Positions 37,281 through 49,059 of a stretch of DNA of 64,000 bases are shown here, in pieces. Below the pieces are notes generated by a model. That model made no database searches, was not told the DNA's origin, and worked only from the letters and a program-made list of their open reading frames with translations. The first letter of the stretch is position 1. Every line of letters starts with the position of its first letter. This DNA comes from Takakia lepidozioides. Lineage: Eukaryota > Plantae > Bryophyta. The translations under genes were made by a program, and so were the position numbers. The stretch lies in the NCBI GenBank assembly GCA_030704615.1, contig CM060732.1, positions 55,180,001-55,244,000 of the forward strand, given 5' to 3'.

Positions 37281-37695
37281 GCAAGGAGTACATCCACAGA
37301 TTTGTCTCTCATATAGACCAGCACAGGTTCTAGAGACAGGATTGTGGATCTTTTATGGCACACTCACACTCTAAAAATTCCATAGATTTTTAACAGAGTC
37401 CCAAAAACTAAAACCAGGTCAAGATAGGTAGATTTCCCCTTTCTGCAGCTATCCCCCCAAAAACTGAGTCAAACAGAGTCCATTTGACAAAGATGTGACC
37501 AATTTGGCTCTAAATCATTTAAATTAGATCAAAAGACCAAACAAATACAAAGAAAACTTTTTTTTTTTAAAAAAAAAAAATATTTGTCTTGGTTCCCTGT
37601 TCCCTGGTTATCTTCGGGTTCCCAAACATGTTCATGTAGTTCTCACAGTCTGGATTCACCCCTCCTCTCGTTCTGTGCTCTTATGCTGTGGCAGT

Positions 37696-37820
37696 GCGTG
37701 GGATGTGAAGGTCGGTGATGCGGGTCTTGGCCTTTCTGTCAAGGAGAACGTGAGAAGGCTTCAGATCAGTACACCCTGTGCTCCGGGCACTCAGGATGCA
37801 GGTACGCCAATGCCCGTTGC
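37696..37820 (-). pseudogene. Receptor-like kinase fragment (subdomains VIa-VII)
   Basis: ALAYLHPECPEHRVY/DLKPSHVLLD..KTRITD, with a frameshift. Confidence 0.75.
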
Positions 37821-38124
37821 AGGAAAGCATGAGAGTGGGAGACTGTGAACTCACCAGGTGACACTTGATGTATGAGCGGGATATGAGCTGAAGGGATTGA
37901 CTCAACGTTGCCATCGGTGTGTACGGGCATTGACGCCCACAATTTCCAGGGCTTGCACTGAAGCATTTCTAAGCTGTTCTTAGGCCACTAACACACCCTG
38001 TGTAGCTGCAGAAATTGTTCCCACGGGACCCTATAGATTCACCTGTAAGGCTGCTCAACGCCTGAGCTTAGAGTATGGTTGGATCACTTGCTCATTAAAG
38101 GCCCACAGAATATCTACAAAAGGA

Positions 38125-38693
38125 CCCCAGCCTGACCACCACCTGCTTGTGCCAGCTTGTTCAAAGATTTGCCCAGGTACTTTCCTTGTCTCTCAGCAAC
38201 ACTCTTTGTTTGCGGTAGGGCTTCCATTAGTAACTGGATCAACTGCCAAGCTTCCACCAGGGCACTTCTTCACAGGTAAGGAGTGGACAAAGGAAGAAGA
38301 TCCAACACCCATTGATCAAACCAGCAGCCCGTATGGCACCTCCGTCCCATCCGTAAGCACTAATTTGTCTGGCAGAACATCCTTGACTACATCTTGCATC
38401 AGCTTTACCCCAGTCTGAAAACAGTTATGCGTTTAAGACCCTCCAGCTTATCCCTCCAAACCCTTGATCAGGTGCCTGGTCGCGTACTCCCGGAGTCGAA
38501 CATCGAAAGATGAAAAAAAAAAATCTCCTTTGCCTCAATAAGTGTGACATGGATAAAATCTTTCACATGGCCGAACTAGCCGTAGACGTCTCTCCTGATG
38601 AGTCACTGAGCTCACCACTGAGTTCCACCCCTGTAGGACCACCACCTACAACAACACAGTGTAGCAGTCTTGCCTTCTCATCTGCTGATATCC
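38125..38693 (-). pseudogene. NDA: Type II internal NADH dehydrogenase (NDA-type) gene fragments
   Basis: [31 protein letters not shown]...HVTLIEAKEI.SSFDVRLREYA, an intron-like spacer, then [28 protein letters not shown] and VAERQGKYL...AGGGQAG. Stops and frameshifts. Confidence 0.9.
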
Positions 38694-39544
38694 CTGCAAT
38701 CCATTTTGAAAAAAAAAAAAAACTGTCCAGGTACTGCATGCTGGATTGCCTTGTCGGTTGTTGGCTAGTCCCACCACTGCTGTATTTAGCCTTCTATCAC
38801 ATGAATCAAGTCGTCCACAGTGGTGTCTTCCCTAAACAGCACTTGCCACTACTGTCCTTGTCAATGGTGATTCAGTTAGAGTCACCCCTGAATCACGATA
38901 ACTTGCAGCCCCAAGTGACAACGTTCAGATGTGGACCCACTTTTGAGACCCACCAAATGTCATTTATGCCCAGTCCTCTGCCAAGTCACAGATACACACA
39001 ACTAGTTGGATCAGAGCCTTCTTCCGAGCAAAGCATTCTTTTCCGCGCTGCAGTGTCATCTGCTGCCAAAAATTTGGAAGACAAGCTTCCACCCACTGTT
39101 CCACATCATCATCATCGTTCGTTGTGACTTCAAGCTTCTGATTCTGCAAAGCCTGGACAGTCAAGCGGTTGTTCCTTTGAAAGAGGATCAGTGGTATGCA
39201 ATGAAGCCTTCAGACATGACACACAAGACCAGAAGAGCTCCTCTATAAGCTTACTGGTGAAACGATCATCCAGCTTCAAGGATCATGCATAGGTGCCAAC
39301 TAGCATTTGCTGCTGCATTTTTAAGTATCTCCTTGTGTGCCCCAAAGCCTCTAGTGACTTGGTAGCTTCAGCAACTGCAATAACAATGGCGGCTCTGGCA
39401 TCGTCATCCTCCAGGCGTTTCAGGGCACGCTGAATCTTGTGGTCACATTCAATGATATGCTTCTCAAACTAATCACTACTTATACGCAGGTAATCTTGCA
39501 AGTGCTAACCCTCAACTCCTACCTTGCACTCACAGGTAAGAGAG

Positions 39545-39557
39545 CATCTTTCTCGAG
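39545..39557 (-). promoter_or_regulatory. Self-priming primer binding site
   Basis: catctttctcgag is the exact reverse complement of 39740-39752 inside repeat B and abuts the repeat end. No TGG tRNA-type PBS is present. Confidence 0.8.
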
Positions 39558-39905
39558 TGATAGAAATCCAACGAACACACTGTTGACACAAAACATGAAA
39601 ACCAAACCATCACTCTTAGAAATAGTAGTCGAGCCAGGGGCACCCCAAGCTATGGGGACTCCACCCCACAACAACCTGTACCCCTACATAAGCACACTCA
39701 AATCTAAACACATGCAGGAGCTCGGTCGCGCAGGCTCAACTCGAGAAAGATGAGCCGCGCGACTGCCGCTCTCGTGAAGATAAGACGGACCAGGTGTCAA
39801 ACTAAACTTGACACCTGATTTAACAGTTGACCTAAATCCAAGTGTTAAATACAAATAACTAGTTTTATTCTAGCTGTTTTCACACTGTGCTTATTTAACT
39901 TGACA
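39558..39905 (-). repeat. 5' terminal repeat B (348 bp)
   Basis: Matches 28022-28369 with two mismatches seen by eye. TG...CA ends. Confidence 0.95.
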
Positions 39906-42900
39906 AAGGCTTCTGCGGACAATAGCAAAAAACTGGATGCATTGATGGCAATGATATTGGGAATGTCAGCAACCGCCCCTCCTCCAACTACTATCCCAAT
40001 ATGTACTGTTATTGAACCTTGCGATTCCGACACAGGCTTGGGAGGCAAGACTGCTACGGAGAAGGTGGTTTGTGCACCTTTACCCCAACTTATTTTTGTG
40101 GTTGTTATCCATTCAGTGTTAGTTGACTTTGAAGTTTACTGCTCTGGTATGTTTTGCTTGGGTGCAAGGAGAACCTCTTGAGGTTGGGGAAAAGCCAAAG
40201 TCGTCTGCCATTGAGGACTTTGTGGTGACCCAAGTAAAATTGGGGCGCAAGGGAATTCCTGATAAATTGCCACGTAAGAAGGGAGGTGGAGCTGGCGGGA
40301 CAACAATATTGGCTGCTGGTGAGGACGTCTGCTCCACCGAGAGTGCTGGTAAGGGTGACAGTAGGGGGTTGGCAGATCAGCATGTGAAGCCAACTTCCCC
40401 ACAGAAAGAGGTACGCCCTCAAAGACTTTGTCTTGGTTCTTGTCCTTGGGCTTTCTGTTTTTTACTCTGAAAACATTTCATGAATGATCTATTTATTGGT
40501 GTGTGCCATGAATTCTATGCATCAGGTATGGTAAGACGTACTCATGTACTATACCTTGTTGTTTTGTTGGCATGTAGAAGGGGACTAAATCAGATGACCC
40601 TACCCCAGCCATCGTGAAGGGAGCTGAGAAGAAGTACATACAAAAGGGAGAGCGTGTAACCAGAGCCACTACTGCCAAAGGCACAAAGTCCTTGACTGAT
40701 GCAAATGGTGACATAACACCAAGTTCTAGCGGGAGTAAGAGTCAGGTGGGCCTTCAGGAGGCACCTCTCCATGCAGCAGTTTCCGTACTAGAGGTGAGCA
40801 TGCATGCACCTGTTGGCTATCAGTTCTGTACAATGTGGCCATTTACATGTTGGGTACTTCAAACTATTAGTAGATGCATTGCTAAATGAAACTGCTAAGG
40901 GGTGTTGGGCGTGATGTTTGCAGGCTGAGAAAGTCGCTCTTGATACTGCCACTGATAGTGCACCAACTGCGGCGCCTTCAAAGGCAACCCCCAAATATCA
41001 ACCCCCTGCCACAGTGGCAGATATTCTTATGCTACCAAAAATACTCTACACTTTCAGTGATTGCTTATATTGGGCGGTCCTCATTATCTAGTTTTCAATG
41101 TACATGTATGTCTTCATGGGTTGATTAATGTGGATTTTATGGTGGGTGCTGTGTGCAGTTTAAGTTGAAGGACAAAATCAGCCTATATGATCCTCATTTA
41201 CCACGACACAGGGCTGCCAATGGAATTGTCACTGGTGTGCCTGGCAAAGATACATATCACTGCCATGTTATACCTGAGGGATTGTGGCGGGTTGAGGTGA
41301 ATGATATCTATATTGCCAATTGTGTCTTGCCTCACCCTAACGAGGAAGAGGTCCCACCGCAAACAATGTTGGAGGATGTCGTTGGTCTGAATTGTCTTTG
41401 GCCAGAGAAGAACATGAAGAGGGCTTAGATTTCGTTCGCCCGGGCATAGACATTGCTGGCAGTGAGAAGAAGGCATGAAAGCAGTTCAGTGTTCCTAGCA
41501 TGCATGCGGAGACGCCGTGTACAAGTTAGGCTTAGTGCGTTTATCATGGCTGGATTTTGTTGACAGTGTTCCAGCACTTAACTCTCTGGGATTCTATTCT
41601 ATTTTGTGGAGCTTGAATCCCCAATGGTACTTCTTTAAACACTACACTAGTGGTATGTGTTCCTCTAGTCATGTTCATAATCACTTGCACATCACTGTAA
41701 TAATGGTATAATTTAAAATTGTGGGAGTAGCCAAATGCACACAATTGCCTACATTACCACTTGTATAGTGGTATAAGTAGTCACATATATATTACTGTAC
41801 TAGTGGTATGAATTCCTCCAGTGGTATTCCTAATCACTTACACACCACTCTGTTGGTAATGACTCCAATCCATAGTTCCCACTCAGAGAGACACCATGAA
41901 TGACTCAAATAGCTTATATACCACTCTGTGGGTAATCATTCCAATGACCTGCGGAGAGACGACAACCACTCACATAACCACTCTATGAGTGATATTGTAT
42001 ATTCTCAGTTTTCATAGAATGACTCTATGAGTCATTTTGTGGTCACTCAACAAGTGGTTTTGGAAGTCATTGAATTTTTCACTCCATCCATTTCGTAGCA
42101 CTGACACACGACACGTGTCCATGCTGAGAGTGTCGCCACGTGTCGACATAATCTCCAATATCATCCACGGACCACCGACTTACAAGTCTCCACTACAAAA
42201 CGGAAGTGGGTACTTTACCACTATGACACGTCAGTTTACCACTGTGACACGTCATAAGTGGTTGCTTTACCTCAGTGACACGTCATTGACATGTCACAGT
42301 GGTTAATTTACCACTGTGACACGTCAGCTAACAGGTGGACCCGGACGTGAGTGGTTCGAACCACTGTCCTTAACCATCGGTGCCACGTAATGTTTTTTAT
42401 CACTCACTTGTCCTAATGCACTGGTTCTTCATCACTCTGGGGCCAGAGTGGTTTAGTGTCTTTTACCACTCAAAATGAGTGGTTAACAGAGTGGTTATTC
42501 CGCGTTTTTCTTCTAGTGGGAATACCAGTGATGAGCTCTTCCCAAGTGGATCCCGGGTAGGGGCTGGTGGAACTCGAGGCCTCAAATTAGCAAGCAAGAT
42601 CGATGTACCCCCTTTAACCAGTTCCCACAATCGTAGAGGGCTCGACTTGTCAGGAGGCAGGAAGCTCTCAAGCTCTACACCCAATTCTGAGGGTGTGTCC
42701 AGCGGGAGCTCAGGCCATGGGATGGTTTCTTTCTCCGGTCAATCAACAAACATCAGCTGCTCAGGTAATAGGTTGCATGCAAGCTCACAAATGTAGCTCC
42801 GTTCATCCAAGTCGAAGAAGAAGGTGAGAAGGAATCCCAGCTCCACAAGTCCCTTTGCGCAAATAAATTTATTAAAAAAAAAAAAAAAAAAAAAAAAACA

Positions 42901-43249
42901 AAGCACTTGAAGAGTAACCTTGTGAATTGTCATCAGGGTGATAGTCCCTAACAGTGTTAGGCAGCCCATGACACATGCACTAGTGAGTCTTTCTTGGTCC
43001 CCTGCAGACTAACAAGTGAGTCTAAACAAAAAGAAGGCTTCCAGACATGGGAGATATGTCTCACCGTCTGAAGACTGAACCAGTACCACCCTGAAAACTA
43101 GCAGCAGGTTAATCCTTCAACGTTTTCAGTAAAAAGGCTCCAAATGTAAAACCCTGTACTAGGTATTTGTCACTGCATCTCATTTTTATGAAAGCTGAAC
43201 ATCGTACCACACATTTCTATGCATCAATGGTTGGTGTAGTTGGTGATGT

Positions 43250-43470
43250 GAGAAACAAAGAAAGAAAGATCATATAAAATCCTGGTGAAGCTCAAGGAGC
43301 TTATGGGACAGTAGGAATTATAGAAGAAAGAGAACGATGAAGTCCTCAACAAGCAGCCCAAAAACAACTATTTATCAACTAAGATGTAACGCCCCCCCAT
43401 GCAGATACGCTGCCAAGCATTCGTTTGAGAGAAATGAGGGCACAGAACTTGGAGGCCAGATAGAATCGCT
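43250..43470 (-). mobile_element. Older 3' relic of the same LINE family as 43877-44600
   Basis: Shares agctca..gagcttatgggaca and gctgccaagcatt motifs. Confidence 0.55.
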
Positions 43471-43876
43471 GTCCGCTTATGTACTATTAAAGCAATTTCG
43501 TCAGTGCACTGCATGACCCAAGGTCAGCTTTTTGGCAATTCTTTGCACATTCTCAGATCTATAGAAACAAACCATGGAATTATTCTTCTATCTCCACATA
43601 AGATGATGGTGTGGATTGCTGCGGGTACCTGGCGTGGCAATGCCGGACCCTACATCCTCGCAAGGGTTTGCAAGTAAGCCCTTTGGATCTCTAAAGAAAG
43701 GCACTGATATGGGTCTCGTTGCATGTATTTTGGGTGAATGTATTTGGGACTGGTAACTGTGTCTACCTCAGTCAGGCATCTCGATTGTCCAATCGAGAAT
43801 TTATTTTATACACACCACTGCAGTCATGCATCTCGACATACGTTGTGTGTGTATGTGTGAGGGAGAGAGAGAGAGA

Positions 43877-44600
43877 AATGAAATGAAACGAAATGAAATG
43901 GTGCTTTATAACGTCCGCGGAAAGCTCATAGAGCTTATGGGACAAAATGGAAAGAAAAAACATGAGAGAGGAAACAGAAAACCGGAGCCAGAAATAAGAA
44001 CACTATTGTTCGAGTGATTGTCTAAGGGTGAGTGCCTCGTGCAGGAAAGCTGCCAAGCATTTCCGATCTTCATAGTGAAAGACTTCAATGAGAGATTGGG
44101 TTCCACGGTGGAATCTCCCACGGATCTCATAGTGTAGAGGGCAATAGAAGAAGTGTTCTTCAGTTTCGATTTCCTGGTTGCGCCCTGTGCAAGCTGGACA
44201 TAGGCGGTCCTCCCGTTGCAGGTTTTCCCATCTGCCAGTCTCTATCCGTAGGTTGTGGGAGCCCACCCTGAACCGCCCCAATGCCCTCAGGAGAGAAGGA
44301 GATAAAGGTGCCGAAAGGTAGTTGGGCCGCAAGATTCTATCATCTCGGAGAACCAAGAATGTTTCTCGATAGAAATGGAGCTTTGTCGTGAGGTTGGGTA
44401 ACTTCCAAGTTATCCTGACATGTAGTTCCATAAGTTCCCGTCTAATGAGTCTGTTGCGGTCATGCTTGGATGTGATGTCCACCCATTCTGGATTCACTGG
44501 CAATAGTGAAGTAATAGAGAGTCCATGACGTTCAAAAAAGGTATCCACGCGAGCATACCAGGATTGTTTGAAACCTGCATTTTTGAGCGTAATAGATGTT
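43877..44600 (-). mobile_element. 5'-truncated LINE (second family) with a (CATTT)n tail
   Basis: ORF 44003-44548 has RFRVGSHNLRIETGRW...RLCPAC...ETEEHFFYC. The aaatg repeats at 43876-43900 abut a (GA)n tract. Confidence 0.88.
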
Positions 44601-45515
44601 GAGAGAGGGGTGTGGGGGGTTTAACCTATTGGACAACCTACACAAAGCATTTGTCAGGAAGTCTCCACTTGAAAATGTATCGTTTTTACCCTCGTCTGTC
44701 AGACTTCACAGGTCTGACAATGCAAGAGACGACAGACACCCCAACTCGGTTCTTTCTCTGAAGCAATCAGGAGCTGCTAATGATCTGTATTTGAGTAGTG
44801 TTTGCGTGCAGGCCAATTGGTGAACATAGAATGGATTGGGCATGAGTTCATGTCATATCCTTCACAGTGGTGGGACGACATGCTAAAGTGTTGTATATTG
44901 GCTCATGTATTCAATTCTGGTTACTGCAAGGACGATCTTTGTCTATCTCACCTGCAAGAGTGTTGGCTCAGTCAGGAGTTAATCCACCATAGTGTTGAAG
45001 TTGGTTTCTTTAAAGTTATGACTTGGTGTTTGAAGCCATGCTTGTGAACATTTGGTGGTTGTAGCCTGGTCTACTCGAAGCTGCGGCACAAGTTATGAAT
45101 GCTCAGCTCCTCACTCTGATTTCTCGGAAAAGAACAAGATCACCAGACTTGAGAAGTAAGAGCACCAAGGAGGTCATTTGGATTCAGAATTGGTTGAACC
45201 CTGCTTGGTTGAAAGCAGGACTGGCTTCCATGTCACATGGTCCAGTAGAATCTGATGATGGACGCAATGTGGAGGGACATCATGGAGCTCCACGCCGAAA
45301 ATACAACAGGTATTATTTTGATGACGATACAGGTGTTCCGCCCCAAACAGAAAGAATCACTACACTGTATTCTCAAGGTAGATGACTGCAATGGTTTCTT
45401 AATCCTGTTACTTGTGTAGCAAGAAGGATGCCCTCATGAAGAGATATAGGGGCTTGAGATGCGTGATATGATTGAGTGTAAGGGATTGTAACTCCGGAGT
45501 TTTGACACATGCAGG

Positions 45516-48155
45516 ATGACAGGGCCCAATCCTCCACAGGTGTTAGTTGGACATGAGACTCGCGGCAGGGGCAGCATCTCCACCATGACCACTGCTTTGG
45601 AAAGAGGACCAAGGGAGGGAGTAAACAATATCTCCACTGGCACTTGTTGGGATGCGAGGACACTATGTAAGGCAGGACGACCTAAGGAGGTGCTGCATAT
45701 TTTGAACCAGCGAGGCGTTCGGGCTGACTCCGAAACATACGTGTGTCTCTTGCAGGAGTGCATCAACATGAAAGACCTAGAAGAGGGAAAGCAGGTGCAC
45801 AACCACATTCTCCATAGTGGATTCAAACCAGACATATTTCTACTCAACACCATTGTCAACATGTATACAAAGTGCAGGAGCTTGGTGGATGCACGTCATG
45901 TGTTTGACCAAATGCCTGAACGGACTTTGATTACATGGAACATAATGATTGCAGGATATGCCAGGCATGGGTGTGGTAGGGAGGCTTTCAAGTTTTATAA
46001 GCAGATGCAATGGGAAGGGGTGACACCAGACAGGGTCACATTCATTTGTGTTCTCAATGCATGTGCCAGCCTAGGAGCCTTGGAAATGGGCAGGGAGGTT
46101 CATGCCGACATCATTAGAGTTGGAATAACCTCATGTATAACTCTGGAGAATACCCTTGTTGGTATGTACGCCAAATGTGCAAGCATGAAGGATGCGCATC
46201 AAGTGTTCGATTGTATGGCCAAACGAGACGTGGTCTCATGGAATGTCATGATCGCTAGATATGCTCAGCATGGATGTAGTAGGGAGGCTTTCAAGATCTA
46301 TGAGCGAATGCAAGGGGAAGGGGTAATGCCTGACAGGGTCACATTCATTAGTGTTCTCAGTGCCTGTGCAAGCCTAGGAGCCCTGGAAAAGGGCAAAGCG
46401 GTGCATGCTGACATCATCAAGGCTGGAGTCTTGTCATATATAAATTTGCAGAATACCCTTTTGGACATGTATGCCAAATGTGGAAGTATGAAGGATTCAC
46501 GGCAAGTGTTCGACAATATGGCTAAACGTGATGTGGTCTCGTGGAATGCCATGATAGCAGGATATGCTCAGCGTGGTTGTAATAGGGAGGCTTTCAATCT
46601 CTATGAGGTAATGCAACAGGAAGGGATAACGCCTGACAAAGTCACGTTCATTTGCGTTCTCAATGCTTGTGCCAATGCAGAATCCCTGGAAAAGGGTAAA
46701 GAGATTCATACTGATATCATGACAGCTGGAATCACATCAGATATGATTCTCGAGACCGCCCTTGCCGCAATGTATGCCAAATGTGGGAGCATGAAGGATG
46801 CATGTCAAGTGTTCAACCACATGGCTACACGAAATGTGGTCTCCTGGACCACAATGATTGCAGGATATGCTTTGCATGGCTGTGGTAAGGAGGCTCTGGA
46901 AATGTACGAGCAAATGCAACAGGATGGGATGAAGCCTGACAGGGTCATGTTCATTTCCGTTCTTAATGCATGTGCCAGCCTAGGAGCTCTGCAGAAGGGC
47001 AGAGAGGTTCATGCTGCCATCATCAGAACTGGGATTCCGTCATACTTAAATTTGGAAAATTCTCTCATCGATATGTATGCTAAATGCAGGAACATGAAGA
47101 GTGCGCGTCAAGTGTTTGACAACATGACTCGGCGAGATGTGATCTCATGGAACGCCATGATCACAGGATATGCTGAGGACGGGTGTGGTAGGGAAGCTTT
47201 GAGGATGTACGAGGAAATGCAATCGGAAGAGGTGACACCAGACATGGTCACATATACTTGTGTCCTCAATGCATGTGCCAGCCTAGGAGCCCTGGAAAAG
47301 GGCAAACAGGTCCATGCTGACATCATCATAACTGGAATCTCGTCATACGTAAATTTGGAGAATGCCCTTGTGGACATGTATGCCAAATGCGGGCGCATGA
47401 ACTATGCGCATCAAGTATTCAACAATATTGCTCAAAGAAATGTGGTCTCCTGGAATACCATGATTGCAGGATATGCCCAGCAAGGTTGTGGTAGGGAGGC
47501 TTGCCAGATCTATAAAGAAATGCAGCGGGAAGGGGTGATGCCTGATGGAATCACACTAGTTTGCATTCTCAACGTGTGTGCACGCCTAGGGGCCCTGGAA
47601 AAGGGCAAAGAGGTCCATTGTGACGCAATTGAGGCTGGAATTGCATCATATATTAATTTGGAGAATACCCTTATTGACATGTATTCCAAATGTGGGAGCA
47701 TGAAGGATGCCCGTGAAGTGTTCGACAATATGGCTCAACGAGACTCTATCTCCTGGAGTGCGATGATTGCTGGATGTGCCCAGCATGGGTGTGGTAGAGA
47801 GGCCCTGCAACTATTTGAACAAATGCAACTTCAAGGCTTGAAGCCCGACGGTATTACTTTAACATCTATTCTCTCTGCGTGTAGCCGTGTGGGTCTAGTA
47901 GATGAAGGTTGTCACTACTTTGGTTTCATGAGTCGGAAACTTGGCCTCAGTCCTACCGTGGAGCATTTCAGCTGCATGGTGGACCTTCTTGGCCGTGCAG
48001 GAAGATTGGATGAAGCAGAGGACATCATTAGGAAAATGCCAATCGAACCAGATCCTGGGGTGTGGGGGGCCTTGCTGGGTGCTTGTAGAATGCACGGCAA
48101 GGTTGAGCTTGCAGAATGTGTGGCAAAAAGGCATATGACTCTTGGACACACATAA
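45516..48155 (+). CDS. PLS-class pentatricopeptide repeat protein, intronless, truncated in the E domain, no DYW
   Basis: Seven MYxKC motifs at a 303-nt period from 45861. HFSCMVDLLGRAGRL and VWGALLGACRMHG are followed by an early stop. Confidence 0.95.
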   Translation: MTGPNPPQVLVGHETRGRGSISTMTTALERGPREGVNNISTGTCWDARTLCKAGRPKEVLHILNQRGVRADSETYVCLLQECINMKDLEEGKQVHNHILHSGFKPDIFLLNTIVNMYTKCRSLVDARHVFDQMPERTLITWNIMIAGYARHGCGREAFKFYKQMQWEGVTPDRVTFICVLNACASLGALEMGREVHADIIRVGITSCITLENTLVGMYAKCASMKDAHQVFDCMAKRDVVSWNVMIARYAQHGCSREAFKIYERMQGEGVMPDRVTFISVLSACASLGALEKGKAVHADIIKAGVLSYINLQNTLLDMYAKCGSMKDSRQVFDNMAKRDVVSWNAMIAGYAQRGCNREAFNLYEVMQQEGITPDKVTFICVLNACANAESLEKGKEIHTDIMTAGITSDMILETALAAMYAKCGSMKDACQVFNHMATRNVVSWTTMIAGYALHGCGKEALEMYEQMQQDGMKPDRVMFISVLNACASLGALQKGREVHAAIIRTGIPSYLNLENSLIDMYAKCRNMKSARQVFDNMTRRDVISWNAMITGYAEDGCGREALRMYEEMQSEEVTPDMVTYTCVLNACASLGALEKGKQVHADIIITGISSYVNLENALVDMYAKCGRMNYAHQVFNNIAQRNVVSWNTMIAGYAQQGCGREACQIYKEMQREGVMPDGITLVCILNVCARLGALEKGKEVHCDAIEAGIASYINLENTLIDMYSKCGSMKDAREVFDNMAQRDSISWSAMIAGCAQHGCGREALQLFEQMQLQGLKPDGITLTSILSACSRVGLVDEGCHYFGFMSRKLGLSPTVEHFSCMVDLLGRAGRLDEAEDIIRKMPIEPDPGVWGALLGACRMHGKVELAECVAKRHMTLGHT

Positions 48156-49059
48156 TCAGGACCAGAACCAGACTAACTCTTAGACATGTAGACGTGGCAC
48201 TAAGCAGTCAGCCTCAATTTAGCTTTCGTACTTTGTCTGGCTGCCTTGCGCTGGGAGTGAAGAGAAACATGTTCCTAGACCCCCAGCGAGGATCCTATAA
48301 CTGGAGACAGCATCTCTTCCCTAATGCCACTCAACAATCGAATAAGCTCATGTGACAGAGGTCTGATGGCAATCATGCAGGAACAAATCAGATGTTTTTT
48401 CTTGGATTTCCCTTGCAGCTGGTAAATCTTTACACAATAGTTCAGGATTAGGAAACACATAACTGTCATGATCACATAAAAATAGTCCAGGGTGGGAAGA
48501 TTGCATCACTTTGCGCTTGTTGAATGCCACTTTTGGCAAACCAAGTGTCATTTGCACATGCCAAAACCAAGACAGTGCTGAAGTGACAAAGATTTAAGGA
48601 GAGTACAATTCCCGTCTTCAGTGAGGAACCTACAAGAGGTTACAACAATGTTTGGCCAATGCCACCCATTGCAGGCCTAACCTGTCGCTTGGTCGGAACT
48701 TCCATGGTATTGTCTGTCATGACAAAGCATATGGCACAATATCTAATTAAAACATCACCTCTTGCTGCCCTCTTGGAGCCTCCCAGTCTTTGACTGAAGC
48801 CTTCTGCATTGAGGACCAGATCGGCCTGGCAGCTTACCAGCATTGGGAATTGGGCTTTTGCCTTTTGCTGTGGGTTTTCTTGTTCTTGTACTTTGTCCAT
48901 GGGCTCGCAGGGCCCATGGGTGTCATACAACTTCTGGTCTTTCTTTCACCCTTGCAGTGATCTCTCCAGAGCCATCTAGCACCGGCAGTACACACTAATT
49001 TGAATGTCCACTGACTCCTAGTTCAGGGCTTACCAGGCCGGACACCCAATCCTCCAAAC

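Larger units (their letters stand above)
27936..39905 (-). mobile_element. Ty3/Gypsy retrotransposon encoding a DNMT3-like methyltransferase and a PHD finger, with split direct repeats and an internal inversion
   Basis: TSD aagg at 27932-27935 and 39906-39909. TGTC...GACA termini. Domain order gag-PR-DNMT-RT-RH-IN-PHD once 29614-32312 is re-inverted. Confidence 0.95.
25895..42518 (+). mobile_element. 5'-truncated CACTA element with spliced TnpA/Ptta-like ORF, interrupted by the DNMT-Gypsy element; left boundary approximate
   Basis: Ptta-like HWDALVKYW..PKGKKESENMKRVR...SRVG (26827-27413). The frame AEVAK|ASADNSKKL is restored across the insertion. Tnp1-like last exon 41158-41428 (..LPHP...LEDVVG..LWP). 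accact/agtggt subterminal repeats at 41640-42500. Right end ...cttctagtg at 42518. Confidence 0.8.

Noticed and set aside
41640-42500. Repeated accactgtgacacgtca units as a CRISPR-like array
   Set aside because: Irregular spacing, both orientations and position next to a CACTA end identify them as subterminal repeats.
46298-48151. Antisense ORFs over the PPR gene (similar ones over the TPR exons and retroelement ORFs)
   Set aside because: Shadow ORFs of real coding sequence on the opposite strand.
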